From an uncultured Chloroflexia bacterium (lineage in GTDB: Bacteria > Chloroflexota > Limnocylindria > Limnocylindrales > CSP1-4), in contig CAWHDR010000001.1 of assembly GCA_963828165.1 (NCBI GenBank), positions 2,131,543-2,195,542 on the forward strand: a stretch of 64,000 nucleotides of DNA. The letters run 5' to 3'. A program made the translations under genes and the position numbers. The notes beneath the pieces were generated by a model. That model was given only the letters and a program-made list of their open reading frames with translations, was not told where the DNA came from and searched no databases. Within the stretch, counting starts at the first letter, position 1, and every line of letters begins with the position of its first letter. Of the stretch, positions 26,823 to 37,500 are shown piece after piece.

Positions 26823-27770
26823 CTAGAGCCCGCTGTACGAGTGCAGGCCGCTGAACCAGAGCGAGCCGGAATACGTGACGAGGACCATCCCGAAGCCCAC
26901 CACCAGCAGGAGCGCGGCCGGCCGGCCCGCCCATGAGCGACGGTTGCGGGCGTGGAGGTAGACCGCATAGGTCAGCCACGTCACGAGGGCCGCGGTCTCC
27001 TTCGGATCCCAGCCCCAGTAGCGCGACCAGGCGATCGAGGCCCACCAGGAGCCCAGGATGATCATCGTGGCGAAGATGGGGAACCCGATGATCACGGCCC
27101 GGTAGGCGACCTCGTCGAGCACCTTGTGTGGCGGCAGCCAGGCGAACCGGTCGTCCTGACCCTGGATCAGGTAGGCGACCCCGGCCGCGAAGGCGGTCGC
27201 GAAGATCCCGTACGAGAGGACCGCCATCCCGACGTGGATCGTGAGCAGCGGTGGGTTCTGGAGAGCCGGCACGAGCCGCGAGATCTCCGACGGCAGGCTC
27301 GATGCATAGAGGAGCAGCATCAGGGCCACGCCGAGCGGGATGAACCCGATGGAGCGGATGGCGTAGCGACGAGACAGGACCAGGTAGCCCGCCACCATCG
27401 ACGTCGAGAACGCGACCGTGAACTCGAACATGTTGCCCCACGGACCTCGGCCCACCACGATGCCGCGCAGGAGGAGGGAGACCCCAAGGAACGCCACGGC
27501 CAGGGTGGACAGCACGGTCGCCGCCCGGGACAACGGGCTCGGCGCGGCGGCCAGGGTGGGCCCGCTGGTCGCCGCTCGGGTCGACTCCGTCACGAACGAG
27601 CCGGTCACCACGCCCGCGAAGGCCGGCTGGCGAGCGGCGCTCAGGACGGGGAGCGCCGCTCGGCGGCCGTTGGCCAGCATCACCGCGTGTCCGACATGCG
27701 CCGCGAACCCGAGCGCCACGAAGACGACACCGATCGGGAAGAGCGCGGTGGACAGCTCCGCCATGGTCAT
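26823..27770 (-). CDS. resC: cytochrome c biogenesis protein, system II heme-handling subunit (ResC/CcsA)
   Basis: Polytopic membrane protein with the tryptophan-rich motif WWASIAWSRYWGWDPKETAAL and conserved His residues. Confidence 0.85.
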   Translation of the reverse strand: MTMAELSTALFPIGVVFVALGFAAHVGHAVMLANGRRAALPVLSAARQPAFAGVVTGSFVTESTRAATSGPTLAAAPSPLSRAATVLSTLAVAFLGVSLLLRGIVVGRGPWGNMFEFTVAFSTSMVAGYLVLSRRYAIRSIGFIPLGVALMLLLYASSLPSEISRLVPALQNPPLLTIHVGMAVLSYGIFATAFAAGVAYLIQGQDDRFAWLPPHKVLDEVAYRAVIIGFPIFATMIILGSWWASIAWSRYWGWDPKETAALVTWLTYAVYLHARNRRSWAGRPAALLLVVGFGMVLVTYSGSLWFSGLHSYSGL

Positions 27771-27847
27771 CGTGTCAGGAGACGCCCGAACACGGTCGCG
27801 GGTTGCGAAGCGAGCGTCGCGGTGTCACGGGTCATCGATCGTTCGGG

Positions 27848-28336
27848 TCAGGCGACCGCTGCGCCGCCGGGCTTCGGCCCGGATGCCGCACGGCGCACGA
27901 CGACCGAGCGTGGCTTGACCTTGAGCACGAGTCCGCAGTTCGTGCAGGTGTCGACCATCGCCATCCGACCGAGCCCGCACATGGGGCAGATGACGGCCAG
28001 CGGGTCCTGGCAGCGCTCGCATCGCGCAGTTCCCGACGGATAGATGAGCCCATCGCGCCGGCAATGGGGCAACCCCGGCTGGAAGATCGGCTGGCCGTCT
28101 GCGCCGATGGCCGCGACGGTCGGACCTTCCTCGAATCGAACGCCCTTCACCCGGGGCTTGCGGAACTGGTAGATGACGATCCCGAGCGGCAGCAGCGTCA
28201 ACAGCGGCCCCACGACGCCCAGGAAGATCAGGAGCGGCAGCAGCCCGATGATCGCGTTCCAGTCCGGGATCACGAACTGGGTCATGATCTCGAGGAGCCC
28301 GGTCCACATCTCGTTGAGCGTGTCGACGATCGTCAC
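27848..28336 (-). CDS. membrane protein with C-terminal double zinc ribbon (hypothetical)
   Basis: GTG 28336 overlaps the NYN gene stop (GTGA). Hydrophobic N-terminal region, then CRRDG..CERC..CPMCG..CTNCG. Confidence 0.5.
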   Translation of the reverse strand: MTIVDTLNEMWTGLLEIMTQFVIPDWNAIIGLLPLLIFLGVVGPLLTLLPLGIVIYQFRKPRVKGVRFEEGPTVAAIGADGQPIFQPGLPHCRRDGLIYPSGTARCERCQDPLAVICPMCGLGRMAMVDTCTNCGLVLKVKPRSVVVRRAASGPKPGGAAVA

Positions 28337-28917
28337 GACGGCATGCTACCCGAGGACGGTCGCCCCCGGCGCGGGTTGCCTCGCTTCGTGGTTGCGCCGC
28401 GTCCCGGCTTCCAGCGCTGCGGTTCCGTAGCGGGGTCGCGCTCCTCCGGAGGGCGAACGGCGGCAGGCCGGCGGTTGCCGACGGACGGCGCCGACAACTT
28501 CGGGCGCTCGAGCCTGCCGAGAAGCCACGCCGAGCCCGCGGTCCGGGCGCCCTTCGCGCGCAGCGACGCCCGGAGTGCGTGGTCGTCGCTGACCACGAGC
28601 AGCGCGCCGGTCGCCGCCGCCCCCGCGACAGCCCGTGTCTCATCCACGAGCGACAGCAAGACCTCGTCGGCGGTGCGCCGACCGGAATGGCGCACGATCA
28701 GTCCCGCCGCGACGCGCTCGCCGCGCATCCCCCGATCCGGCGCCCCGTCGAACACCAGCTCGATACCGATGGCGGCCGGGACGATCGCCCGCAGCCGACC
28801 GATCAACGCGGCCTGCGGCGCCGCGCCGGGCTTGCGCGACAGCGCGTGGAGGAGATTCGTGCCGTCGATGAGCAGTCGATCGGTGCCGGTCAGCGGGTCG
28901 CGCGGAAGCGTCGTCAC
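28333..28917 (-). CDS. NYN/PIN-like (YacP-type) predicted RNA-binding nuclease
   Basis: LLIDGTNLLHAL...ELVFDG...LLVVSDDHALR pattern typical of YacP/NYN domain proteins. Confidence 0.6.
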   Translation of the reverse strand: MTTLPRDPLTGTDRLLIDGTNLLHALSRKPGAAPQAALIGRLRAIVPAAIGIELVFDGAPDRGMRGERVAAGLIVRHSGRRTADEVLLSLVDETRAVAGAAATGALLVVSDDHALRASLRAKGARTAGSAWLLGRLERPKLSAPSVGNRRPAAVRPPEERDPATEPQRWKPGRGATTKRGNPRRGRPSSGSMPS

Positions 28918-28962
28918 GACGCCATCCTACGCGCGGTCCGAGCGGCGGCTACGATCGGCCGC

Positions 28963-29808
28963 GTGAGCCTCCTTCTCCTCGTCGACCTCGACGGTGTCGT
29001 CTACCGCGGCGCCGACCCCGTGCCCGGTGTGGCCGAGGTCCTCGCCGACCGAGCCGCTCGCGGAGACGACGTGGTGTACGTGACCAACAACTCGATGCAC
29101 TACCGCGCCGACTACGTGACCCGGCTCACGGCCATGGGCGCGCCGATCACGGCCGACACGGTCGTCTCGTCGGCGCGGGCCACGGCGCTCCACCTGGTGA
29201 CCCACGAGGTGGGGATCCGGCGCGTCCTCGTCGTCGGCGGGGGCGGTCTCGAGCGTGAGCTGCGCGACGTCGGGCTCGAGGTGGTGACCGCCGCTCACGC
29301 CGCCACCCGGATGCACCAGGAGGGCATCGATGGCTGGGCGGCCGCCGGCGCCCCGGACGCGGTCGTCACCGGCCTCGACCCGAACCTCACCTACCTGCGC
29401 CTCGCGGCGGCCGCCGATTGCGTGCGTGCCGGCGCTCGATCCATCGCGACGAACCGCGACCCGGTCTACCCCACCGAGCGGGGCCTCCGCCCGGGGGCGG
29501 GCGCCGTGGCCGCGGCCCTCGAGGCGACGACCGGGGTCACGCCGCTCTCGATCGGCAAGCCCGAGCCGAACCTGCTGGAACTTGCCGCCGAGGCCGTCGG
29601 TCGGCACGCCAGCGAGGCGATCATGATCGGCGACGGGATCGGGACGGACCTCGCCGCGGCACGGGCGGTCGGGGCGCGCTGCGTGGTCATGCTGACCGGC
29701 ATCAGTACCCGCGAGGACGTCGACGCTCTCCCGGCTCACGAGCAGCCGACCGCGATCGCCGCGGATGCGACCGAGCTTGCCGCCGCCCTGGAGTCGTTCG
29801 CCGGGTAG
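28963..29808 (+). CDS. HAD-IIA family hydrolase
   Basis: GTG 28963 within ORF 28579..29808. LLLVDLDGVVYRG (motif I), VTNNS (motif II), SIGKPEP, MIGDGIGTDLAAA (motif IV). Confidence 0.8.
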   Translation: MSLLLLVDLDGVVYRGADPVPGVAEVLADRAARGDDVVYVTNNSMHYRADYVTRLTAMGAPITADTVVSSARATALHLVTHEVGIRRVLVVGGGGLERELRDVGLEVVTAAHAATRMHQEGIDGWAAAGAPDAVVTGLDPNLTYLRLAAAADCVRAGARSIATNRDPVYPTERGLRPGAGAVAAALEATTGVTPLSIGKPEPNLLELAAEAVGRHASEAIMIGDGIGTDLAAARAVGARCVVMLTGISTREDVDALPAHEQPTAIAADATELAAALESFAG

Positions 29809-29820
29809 CGGGCGCGCCAG

Positions 29821-30903
29821 TCAGCCCCCGTTGCCGCTCAGCTCCGGGATCCCGGCCGCCCAGTCGTCGAAGGACTCCCGCAACGGGGCCAGCGTCGCCT
29901 CGTCGGCGAAGGCGACATCGAGCGCCCGCCGGTCGATGGCCCACAGCTCGGGCAGGGTCAGCCCGATCTGCTCGACCGCGTTGACGTACTCCTCCGACAG
30001 CTTGATGTCCGACACCGTCGTGTCGTCGGTGCTCAGGGTCACGGGCACGCCGCGGCGATGCAGCTGCGCCAGCGGATGCGCAGCCACGGAAGGGACGATG
30101 CCGGCCTGCCAGTTCGAGGTCGGGCAGAGGTCGAGCGAGATGCCGCGGACCCGCAGCTCATCGCACAACGGGGGGTCGTCGATGGTCCCCGGGCCGTGGG
30201 CGATGCGCTCGGGCTCCACCACGAGTGCGCGGCGGACCTGGTCTGCGCCGCCCCATTCCCCGGCATGGATGGTCAAGCGCAGGCCGTTGGCGCGCGCGGC
30301 CTCGAAGGCTCGCGCGTGGTCGAGCGGGTCGGGATAGGCGGCCTCCGGGCCGGCGAGGTCCCAGCCGGTCAGCCCCCCGTCGAGGAACTGCGCCGCCGTC
30401 TCGGCCAGCTCCACGTTCCCTTCGGCGTCGTGGGAACGCAGCGCCGTACAGATGAGGCGCACGACCGTGCCGGTCCGGGAGGCCCCATCACGTGCGCCCG
30501 CGCACACGGCCGCGATGCCGTCCGCCAACGAGAGGCCGCGCGCGACATGGAGGCGGGGGCCCCAGCGGATCTCGACATAGCGCACGCCGTCCGCGGCCTT
30601 CGTCTCGACGAGCTCCCTCGTGATGCGCTCGAGCGCGTCGGTGTCCTGCATCAGCGCGATCGGCAGGTCGAACGCCCGCAACAGCTCCGCCTGGTCGGCG
30701 CACGGCATCGGGGCGATCAGGGCCGCGGACATGCCGATCCAGTCCGACGGGGCATCGATCCCGCGCGTTCGGGCGAGCTCGAGCGCGGTGTCCACTCGCA
30801 AGGAACCGTCGAGGTGGAGGTGTAGTTCGGCCTTCGGCAGCGCCTCGATCAGGCGACGGCGGGCGTCGGTCTCGGTCTCGCGGTCGTCCGGCGGGGTCGT
30901 CAT
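29821..30903 (-). CDS. add: adenosine deaminase
   Basis: LPKAELHLHLDGSL, TIHAGE, LSTDD motifs across a 360-aa ORF. Confidence 0.9.
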   Translation of the reverse strand: MTTPPDDRETETDARRRLIEALPKAELHLHLDGSLRVDTALELARTRGIDAPSDWIGMSAALIAPMPCADQAELLRAFDLPIALMQDTDALERITRELVETKAADGVRYVEIRWGPRLHVARGLSLADGIAAVCAGARDGASRTGTVVRLICTALRSHDAEGNVELAETAAQFLDGGLTGWDLAGPEAAYPDPLDHARAFEAARANGLRLTIHAGEWGGADQVRRALVVEPERIAHGPGTIDDPPLCDELRVRGISLDLCPTSNWQAGIVPSVAAHPLAQLHRRGVPVTLSTDDTTVSDIKLSEEYVNAVEQIGLTLPELWAIDRRALDVAFADEATLAPLRESFDDWAAGIPELSGNGG

Positions 30904-30991
30904 CGCCCGATGCTACGATTCCCTGACTTCCGACGCTCGCGTCCACTGCGTGCGCCGATCCGAGTCGATCATCGGAGCCGACCAACCGCTC

Positions 30992-31945
30992 GTGCCCCAG
31001 ATCCGCCAATCCCTCCTCGCCCTCGCCTGGTTCGTCGCGGTCATCCTCATCGCGCTCGGTGCGGCAGGGCTCGTCGCGGGCATGGACGGTCCCGCTACCG
31101 CCGGATCGCGCCCGTGGCTGACCGCCCGCGACGACGTCGTCGTCACGAGCCACCTCGACGCCATCGCGGCAGACCTGGAGCTCGTCGCGGACCGGCTCGA
31201 TGCGCTCGGGGCGCAGGGTCGCGGCGCGCTGTCGGCGCTGGTCGCGAGCGACCCTACGACGGCGGCGGCTGCGCTCGATGAAGGCGACCGACTCGTGACG
31301 GATATCGCGGCGCGGGCGGCCAGGATCGGGACCGCGCTCGACGACGTGCCGCTCGTCGGCACGGAGGAGGCCGGCTACCGGCTCGGGCCGGCGGTCCGCG
31401 ATCGGCACGCGCGGCTTGCCGCGGCTCTCGCGTCCACCAGGGGCGTCGAGGCGTCTTGGCTGCAGCTCGCCAACGGGTCGGCGGCTGCGACGCGACTCTC
31501 GAATCTCCTCGCCGCGCACGATGAAGCCGTCCTCGCCGCTGCGGAGCAGGGGCGCGACGCCCAGTACGCGGCGGCGCTGACGATCCTTGACGGCGCGGAC
31601 GCCGCGATCGCCGATGCCCGAAGCCTGCGCAACGCCCTGGCCCGGACGGTCGAGGTCGTGACGCTCGACGAATGGCTGGACCGCAGCGCCACCTATGACG
31701 CCGCGCTCCGCGCCCTGTACGCCGCGCTCGACGACAGTGGCGGGCGGATCAACGATGCCGTTCGCGAGGCGATGACCGAAGAAGGCAAGGCCAAGGATCG
31801 GCTCCCGCCGGACACGCGCGGCCTCGTGCTGATCATGGCTGAGATCGGCCGCGGCGGGATGAACGGCGCCGTCATCGCGATCGAGGAGGCTCGCGGTCAG
31901 CTGAGTGCGGCGCTCGCCGAGCCTGCTCCCAGCCCGGGAACGTAA
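30992..31945 (+). CDS. membrane-anchored Ala/Leu/Asp-rich hypothetical protein
   Basis: The 5-prime 370 nt of ORF 30620..31945 overlaps add antisense. A plausible start is GTG 30992, just before the TM segment LLALAWFVAVILIALGAAGLVAG. No family recognised. Confidence 0.45.
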   Translation: MPQIRQSLLALAWFVAVILIALGAAGLVAGMDGPATAGSRPWLTARDDVVVTSHLDAIAADLELVADRLDALGAQGRGALSALVASDPTTAAAALDEGDRLVTDIAARAARIGTALDDVPLVGTEEAGYRLGPAVRDRHARLAAALASTRGVEASWLQLANGSAAATRLSNLLAAHDEAVLAAAEQGRDAQYAAALTILDGADAAIADARSLRNALARTVEVVTLDEWLDRSATYDAALRALYAALDDSGGRINDAVREAMTEEGKAKDRLPPDTRGLVLIMAEIGRGGMNGAVIAIEEARGQLSAALAEPAPSPGT

Positions 31946-32066
31946 GTCCGGACGTTCGTGCCATGGGCAGCCCGAGGCATCGGCCGGACGCTACACTTTC
32001 GACCACTGTCCCTGACTCGCGGTCGCCCGCGCCCATGCGGCCCGACACCCGGAGGAACCCACCACC

Positions 32067-33579
32067 GTGCAGCTTCGTGTCGTCACCGACCAGCCGTGGG
32101 ACGTCAAAGCCGACGTCCTCGTCATCCCGTATGTGGGCGATCCGACCTTCGAAGGGCCTTTCGACGAGATCGACCGGCGAACCGGCGGTGAGCTTCGAGC
32201 GCTCGCCGGCTTCAAGGAGCTGACCGGCAAGCGTTACGCCACGACGCTGGCGGCGGTCGGCGAGCTTCCGGCCGGGCGGCTCGTCCTGATCGGGGCCGGG
32301 GACACGGCGACGATCGACCGCGAAGTCATCGTCCGAGTGGGAGCCGCGGCGTCACGCCGCCTGGGTGGTCGCGTCGTCCGCAGCGTGGCCTTCTGGCTGG
32401 CCCCACTGTCGGGCCTCGACACGATCGACGGCGACGTCGCGGTCGTGGCGGAGCTGCTGACGCGCGGCGTGGTCGAGGGTTCGTACGACCCCAAGTCGAT
32501 CTACCGCGACGACGACGAATTCAAGCCACCGAAGCTCGACGAGCTGATCCTGGTCATGCCGGACGGTGACGCCGGTGCGATCAAGGCAGCGGCCGAGCGC
32601 GGCGTGATCATCGGCGAGGGCGCGAACAACGCGCGGACATTGTCCAATCGTGCCGCGAACGACGTGTCGCCAGAGGTCCTGGCCGAGGAGGCGCGCGCGA
32701 TCGCCGAGCGCAACGACCTGTGGATCGACGTCATCGAGCCCGATCGGGCGACCGAGCTCGGGATGGGCATGTTCATGGCGGTCGGGCGCGGGAGCGACAA
32801 CCCGCCGCGGATGATCGTCATGCGGTCCGGCAAGGAGGGGGAGCGCGATTCGCTGGATCGCCACGTCGCGATCGTCGGCAAGGGCGTCTGCTTCGATTTC
32901 GGGCGGCATCAGCATCAAGCCATCCGACCGGATGGAAGAGATGAAGATGGACAAGACCGGCGCCTGCACGGTCCTCGCGGTCATGGAAACCGTGGCACGT
33001 CTGGCGCCGGGGACTCCATTGCTCGGGCTCGCGCCGGCCGTTGAGAACATGCCAGGGCCGCACTCCACCCGACCCGGCGACATCGTGACTGCGCTGAACG
33101 GCAAGAAGGTCGACATCACGAACACTGACGCCGAGGGCCGGCTCATCCTCGGCGATGCGCTGACCTACGCGGAACGGTTGGGCGCCACGCATCTCGTCGA
33201 TGTTGCGACGCTCACCGGCGCCGTCGCGCGAGCCCTCGGATACCTCATCACGGGGGCGTTCGGTGCCCCGCAGGACTGGTACGACCAGGTCGTGGCCGCG
33301 GGCACCCGGGCCGGCGAGCGCTACTGGCAGCTGCCGCTGATCGACGAGTACGTGCCGGACATGGACAGCTGGTATGCCGACTTCCAGAACGCCGGGTCGG
33401 CCGAGGGTTCGCTCGTGAAGAGCGGTCTCTTCCTGCGCGAGTTCGTCACCAAGCCGTGGGTCCACCTCGACATCGCCGGGACCGCGTACTACCGCAAGGC
33501 CCTGCCGTTCGCGCCACGCGGGTCGACCGGCGTGTCGCACGCCACGCTCGTCGAGCTCGCCCTGGCCGGTCGGGCCTGA
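32067..33579 (+). CDS. pepA: leucyl aminopeptidase (M17), one frame break at the TTT run 32897-32899
   Basis: GTG 32067 behind GGAGG. ...VGKGVCFD then, in the +1 frame, SGGISIKPSDRMEEMKMDKTGA...NTDAEGRLILGDAL...LDIAGTA. Removing one T from GATTTCGGG restores GAT TCG GGC. Confidence 0.85.
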
Positions 33580-33607
33580 GCGCGGCGGCGGCCCGACCGC
33601 GAGCGAC

Positions 33608-34249
33608 GTGGAGCCGCTGAGCCTGATCCTCGGCGTTGCCGGGGCGGCGCTCGGCGTGGCCGCCGACCGGTTCGCGACCCGCTGGCCGGAGCACGACGAG
33701 GAGCATCCGCCGGGGCGGAAGGTCGATTGGCGAACCGTCCTCTGTGGGATGGCGGGAGCCGTGGCTCTTGGGTTGCTGCCCACGCGGTTCGGTGGGGACC
33801 CATTGGCGTTGGCCGTGTTCGGAGCATGGATCGTGACGCTGGTCGTTGGCCTGGCCACGGATCTCGACCAGCGCCTGCTCCCCGACGAGTTGACGCTACC
33901 GGTCATCCCGATCGCCCTGGCCTACGCGGCTTCGGGACTCAACCCCCTCGTGGGCGTGGCCCTGCCGCTGGCCGTGCTGGCGGCTGTCCTGATCCCGGCC
34001 GTCCTGTACCTGCCGTCGATCCCATTCGGGGCCGGCGCGTTCGGCATCGGGGACGTGAAGCTGCTGGTCGGGACCGGACTGTTGCTGGGGGGTGATCGGG
34101 CGTTGGGCGGCACGATCTTCGGCCTGATCCTCGCGGGCGTGGTCCTGCTCGCGCTGCTGGTCACGCGCCGCATCGGGCGGCGGTCGTACGTCCCGTTCGG
34201 GCCGTTCCTCATCATCGGGGCGTTGTGGGCGGTGCTCATCCGCGCCTGA
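33608..34249 (+). CDS. prepilin peptidase (A24 family)
   Basis: Polytopic protein with the two aspartate motifs DLDQRLLPDE and FGIGDVKLL. Confidence 0.8.
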   Translation: MEPLSLILGVAGAALGVAADRFATRWPEHDEEHPPGRKVDWRTVLCGMAGAVALGLLPTRFGGDPLALAVFGAWIVTLVVGLATDLDQRLLPDELTLPVIPIALAYAASGLNPLVGVALPLAVLAAVLIPAVLYLPSIPFGAGAFGIGDVKLLVGTGLLLGGDRALGGTIFGLILAGVVLLALLVTRRIGRRSYVPFGPFLIIGALWAVLIRA

Positions 34250-34405
34250 GGCCCGGTCGCCGACCCGGGGTGGTCGCCGCTTCCGCGACCAAACCCCGAC
34301 GAAACACGGACTCACCGCGGACCAAACACGGACTAAACGCTGACTAAACGTGCCCGAACCGTTGACACCGCTCGGGCCGGAAGCGCATCCTGTCCCGACG
34401 TCGCC

Positions 34406-34419
34406 CTAAACCGGTTTAG
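34406..34419. promoter_or_regulatory. perfect 14-bp palindrome CTAAACCGGTTTAG upstream of the amylase-pullulanase gene (candidate operator)
   Basis: Lies about 40 bp downstream of a TTGACA box (34362-67) and about 100 bp upstream of ATG 34523. The half-site CTAAAC also occurs at 34333 and 34344. Confidence 0.4.
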
Positions 34420-34522
34420 CCCCCGACCCAGCACCGCCTCGCGCGGCGTCCGGAGGGCTCCGGACGGCGCTGTCGAAGTCGTGTCAGGGGCTCGCCCCCG
34501 CGCTCGTCTCGGAGGTTCGTCG

Positions 34523-37500
34523 ATGCGCTCCCCGTCCGGTCAGGCCCGCTGCGCGGGCGTTCGGTCGCGCCTGGTCGCTCTCGTCGGGAGCGTGCTCCTG
34601 CTCGCCGGTCTCGTGCCCGCAGCGACCGTCGTGCCCGTGTTGGCCTCGCATACGACGGCGCCCACGAGCGTGACGATCGCCGGCAGCCTGCAGAGCGAGC
34701 TGGGATGCCCAGGCGACTGGCAGCCGGAGTGCGCCGCCACGCACCTTACGTACGACCCGGCAGACAGCGTCTGGCAGGGCACGTTCGCGGTGCCGTCCGC
34801 CGCCGCCCCGTACGAATACAAGGCCGCCGTGAACGACACCTGGGACGAGAACTACGGCGCCAACGCGACGTTCAACGGGGGCAACATCGGCCTGACGGTC
34901 GGCGACGCAAACGCGACGAAGTTCTACTACTCGCACGATTCGCACTGGGTCACGAGCAACCGCAATGCCGTGATCGCCACGGCCGCCGGCAGCTTCCAGA
35001 GCGAGATCGGCTGCCCCGGCGACTGGGCCCCCGACTGCCTGCGCTCGTGGCTCCAGGATCGCGACGGGAACGGCGTCTACACGTTCGTCACGGCCGACAT
35101 CCCCGCCGGCGACTACGAGTTCAAGGTGGCGCTCGCCGAAGCGTGGGACACGTCCTATCCCGCCGATAACGTCGCGTTCTCGGTCGCGAGCGGGAACACC
35201 GTCACGTTCACGTACACGGCGTCCACCAACGAGGTCGCCGTCGACGTCGAGGGCGACGACCCGCCCGATCCCGCCGACGAGGCCCTGGCCCTTCGCTCGC
35301 TGCGGGACGACCTGACCGAGGAGGTCTTCTATTTCGTCATGCCCGACCGTTTCGACAACGGGAACGCGGCCAACGACGAAGGTAGTCTGACCGGGGATCG
35401 CATGACCACCGGGCTCGATGCCACGGACAAGGGCTTCTATCACGGGGGCGACATCGCCGGCCTGCTGGAGCGGCTCGACTACATCGAGTCGCTCGGTACC
35501 ACGGCGGTCTGGATGGCGCCCATCTTCAAGAACCGGCCGGTCCAGGGTTCAGCCGCGGACGCGTCGGCTGGCTATCACGGGTACTGGACCACGGACTACA
35601 CGCAGATCGACCCGCACTTCGGCACGAACGCGGAGCTGGAGGCGTTCGTGGACGCGGCCCACGGTCGTGGGATCAAGGTCTTCTTCGACATCATCACGAA
35701 TCACACCGCGGACGTGATCGATCACGAGGAAGGGACGTACACCTACCGGAACAAGGCGACGTTCCCGTATGTCGACGCCGACGGCAACGAGTTCGACGAC
35801 CGCGATCACGCGGGCTCGGACACGTTCCCGCCGCTCGACCTCGACTCGTTCCCGTACAGCCCGATCTTCCGGACCACCGCCGACGCGACCGTCAAGGCGC
35901 CGGCCTGGCTGAACGACCGGACGATGTACCACAACCGCGGCGACTCCACATTCGTGGGCGAGAACTCCGAGTACGGCGATTTCTTCGGGCTCGACGACCT
36001 CTTCACCGAGCGTCCCGAGGTCGTCGATGGGATGGTCGACATCTTCGAGACCTGGGTCACGGACGTCGGCATCGACGGATTCCGCATCGACACCGCGAAG
36101 CACGTCAACATCGAGTTCTGGCAGGAATTCGGGCCGGCCATCCAGGCTCATGCTGCCAGCGAGGGCAACGACGACTTCTTCATGTTCGGCGAGGTCTTCG
36201 ACTCGAACCCCGCCTTCATGTCGCGCTACACGACCGAGGGCAAGCTTCAGGCGACGCTGGACTTCGGCTTCCAGGCACGGGCACAGACCTTCGCCGCGAA
36301 TTCCGCCGCGACCGACAACCTGCGCGACCTCTTCGCGCTCGACGACCACTACACGGACGTGGATTCCAACGCCTACAGCCTGCCGACGTTCCTGGGCAAC
36401 CACGACATGGGCCGCATCGGACGGTTCATCGCGGAGGCAAACCCGGGTGCGTCGGACGACGAGCTGCTGGCCCGCGACCAGCTGGCGCACGCGCTCATGT
36501 ACCTCGTCCGCGGGATGCCCGTCGTCTACTACGGCGACGAGCAGGGCTTAACCGGTGACGGCGGCGACAAGGACGCGCGCCAGGACATGATGCCGAGCCA
36601 GGTCACCTCCTACAACGACGACGACCTGATCGGGACGAGCGCCACGACCGCCGACGCGAACTTCGACGAGGCGCATCCGCTCTACGCGTTCCTCGGCGAT
36701 CTTGCCGCGCTGAAGGCCGATCACGCGGCGCTGCGCGACGGCGCCCAGGTTCATCGGTACTCGACGAGCGAGGCCGGCATCTACGCCTTCTCCCGGATCG
36801 ACGCCGACGAGGGGATCGAATATGTCGTCGCGCTCAACAACGCCGAGACGGCGAAGACCCAGACGATCCAGACGTACTCGGCCGACGCCGGCTTCAGCGG
36901 CTTGTGGCCATCCGGCCTCGGCGACCTGACGTCGAACGGTTCGGGCCAGATCACGATCACCGTGCCGCCGCTGTCGGCCGTCGTGTATCGCGCCGACGCG
37001 GCTCTCGCTGCTGACTCGCAGGCGCCCGGCATCACGCTGGCCGCCCCGCCCGACGGCGCGACCGTCGTTGGCAAGGTCGAGGTCGGCGCCACGCTCGCCG
37101 ATCCGGAGTTCGCGGAGGTCACGTTCGCGGCCAAGGTCGGTGACGCGACGGAATGGTCGGTCATCGGGACCGACGACAACGCGCCCTACCGGGTCTTCTA
37201 CGACACGAGCGGCCTCGCGGAAGGCACCGACCTCGCGTTCAAGGCCGTCGTGCGCGACGCAGCGGGCAACGTCGACTCCGACACCGGCTCGGCGGTGGTC
37301 GGCGCGGTCGAGCCGCCACCGAGCGGCGGCGGGACCCCGGACTACGCCGTCGTCCACTACCAGCGGCCGGCCGGCGATTACGACGGCTGGGGCTTCCACT
37401 TCTGGGGCGACATCGATCAGACCGTCGAGTGGACGAGCCCCGTCCCGCTCGCAGGCGAGGATGCCTACGGCCCGTTCGCCTGGGTCAAGCTCCTGCCCAA

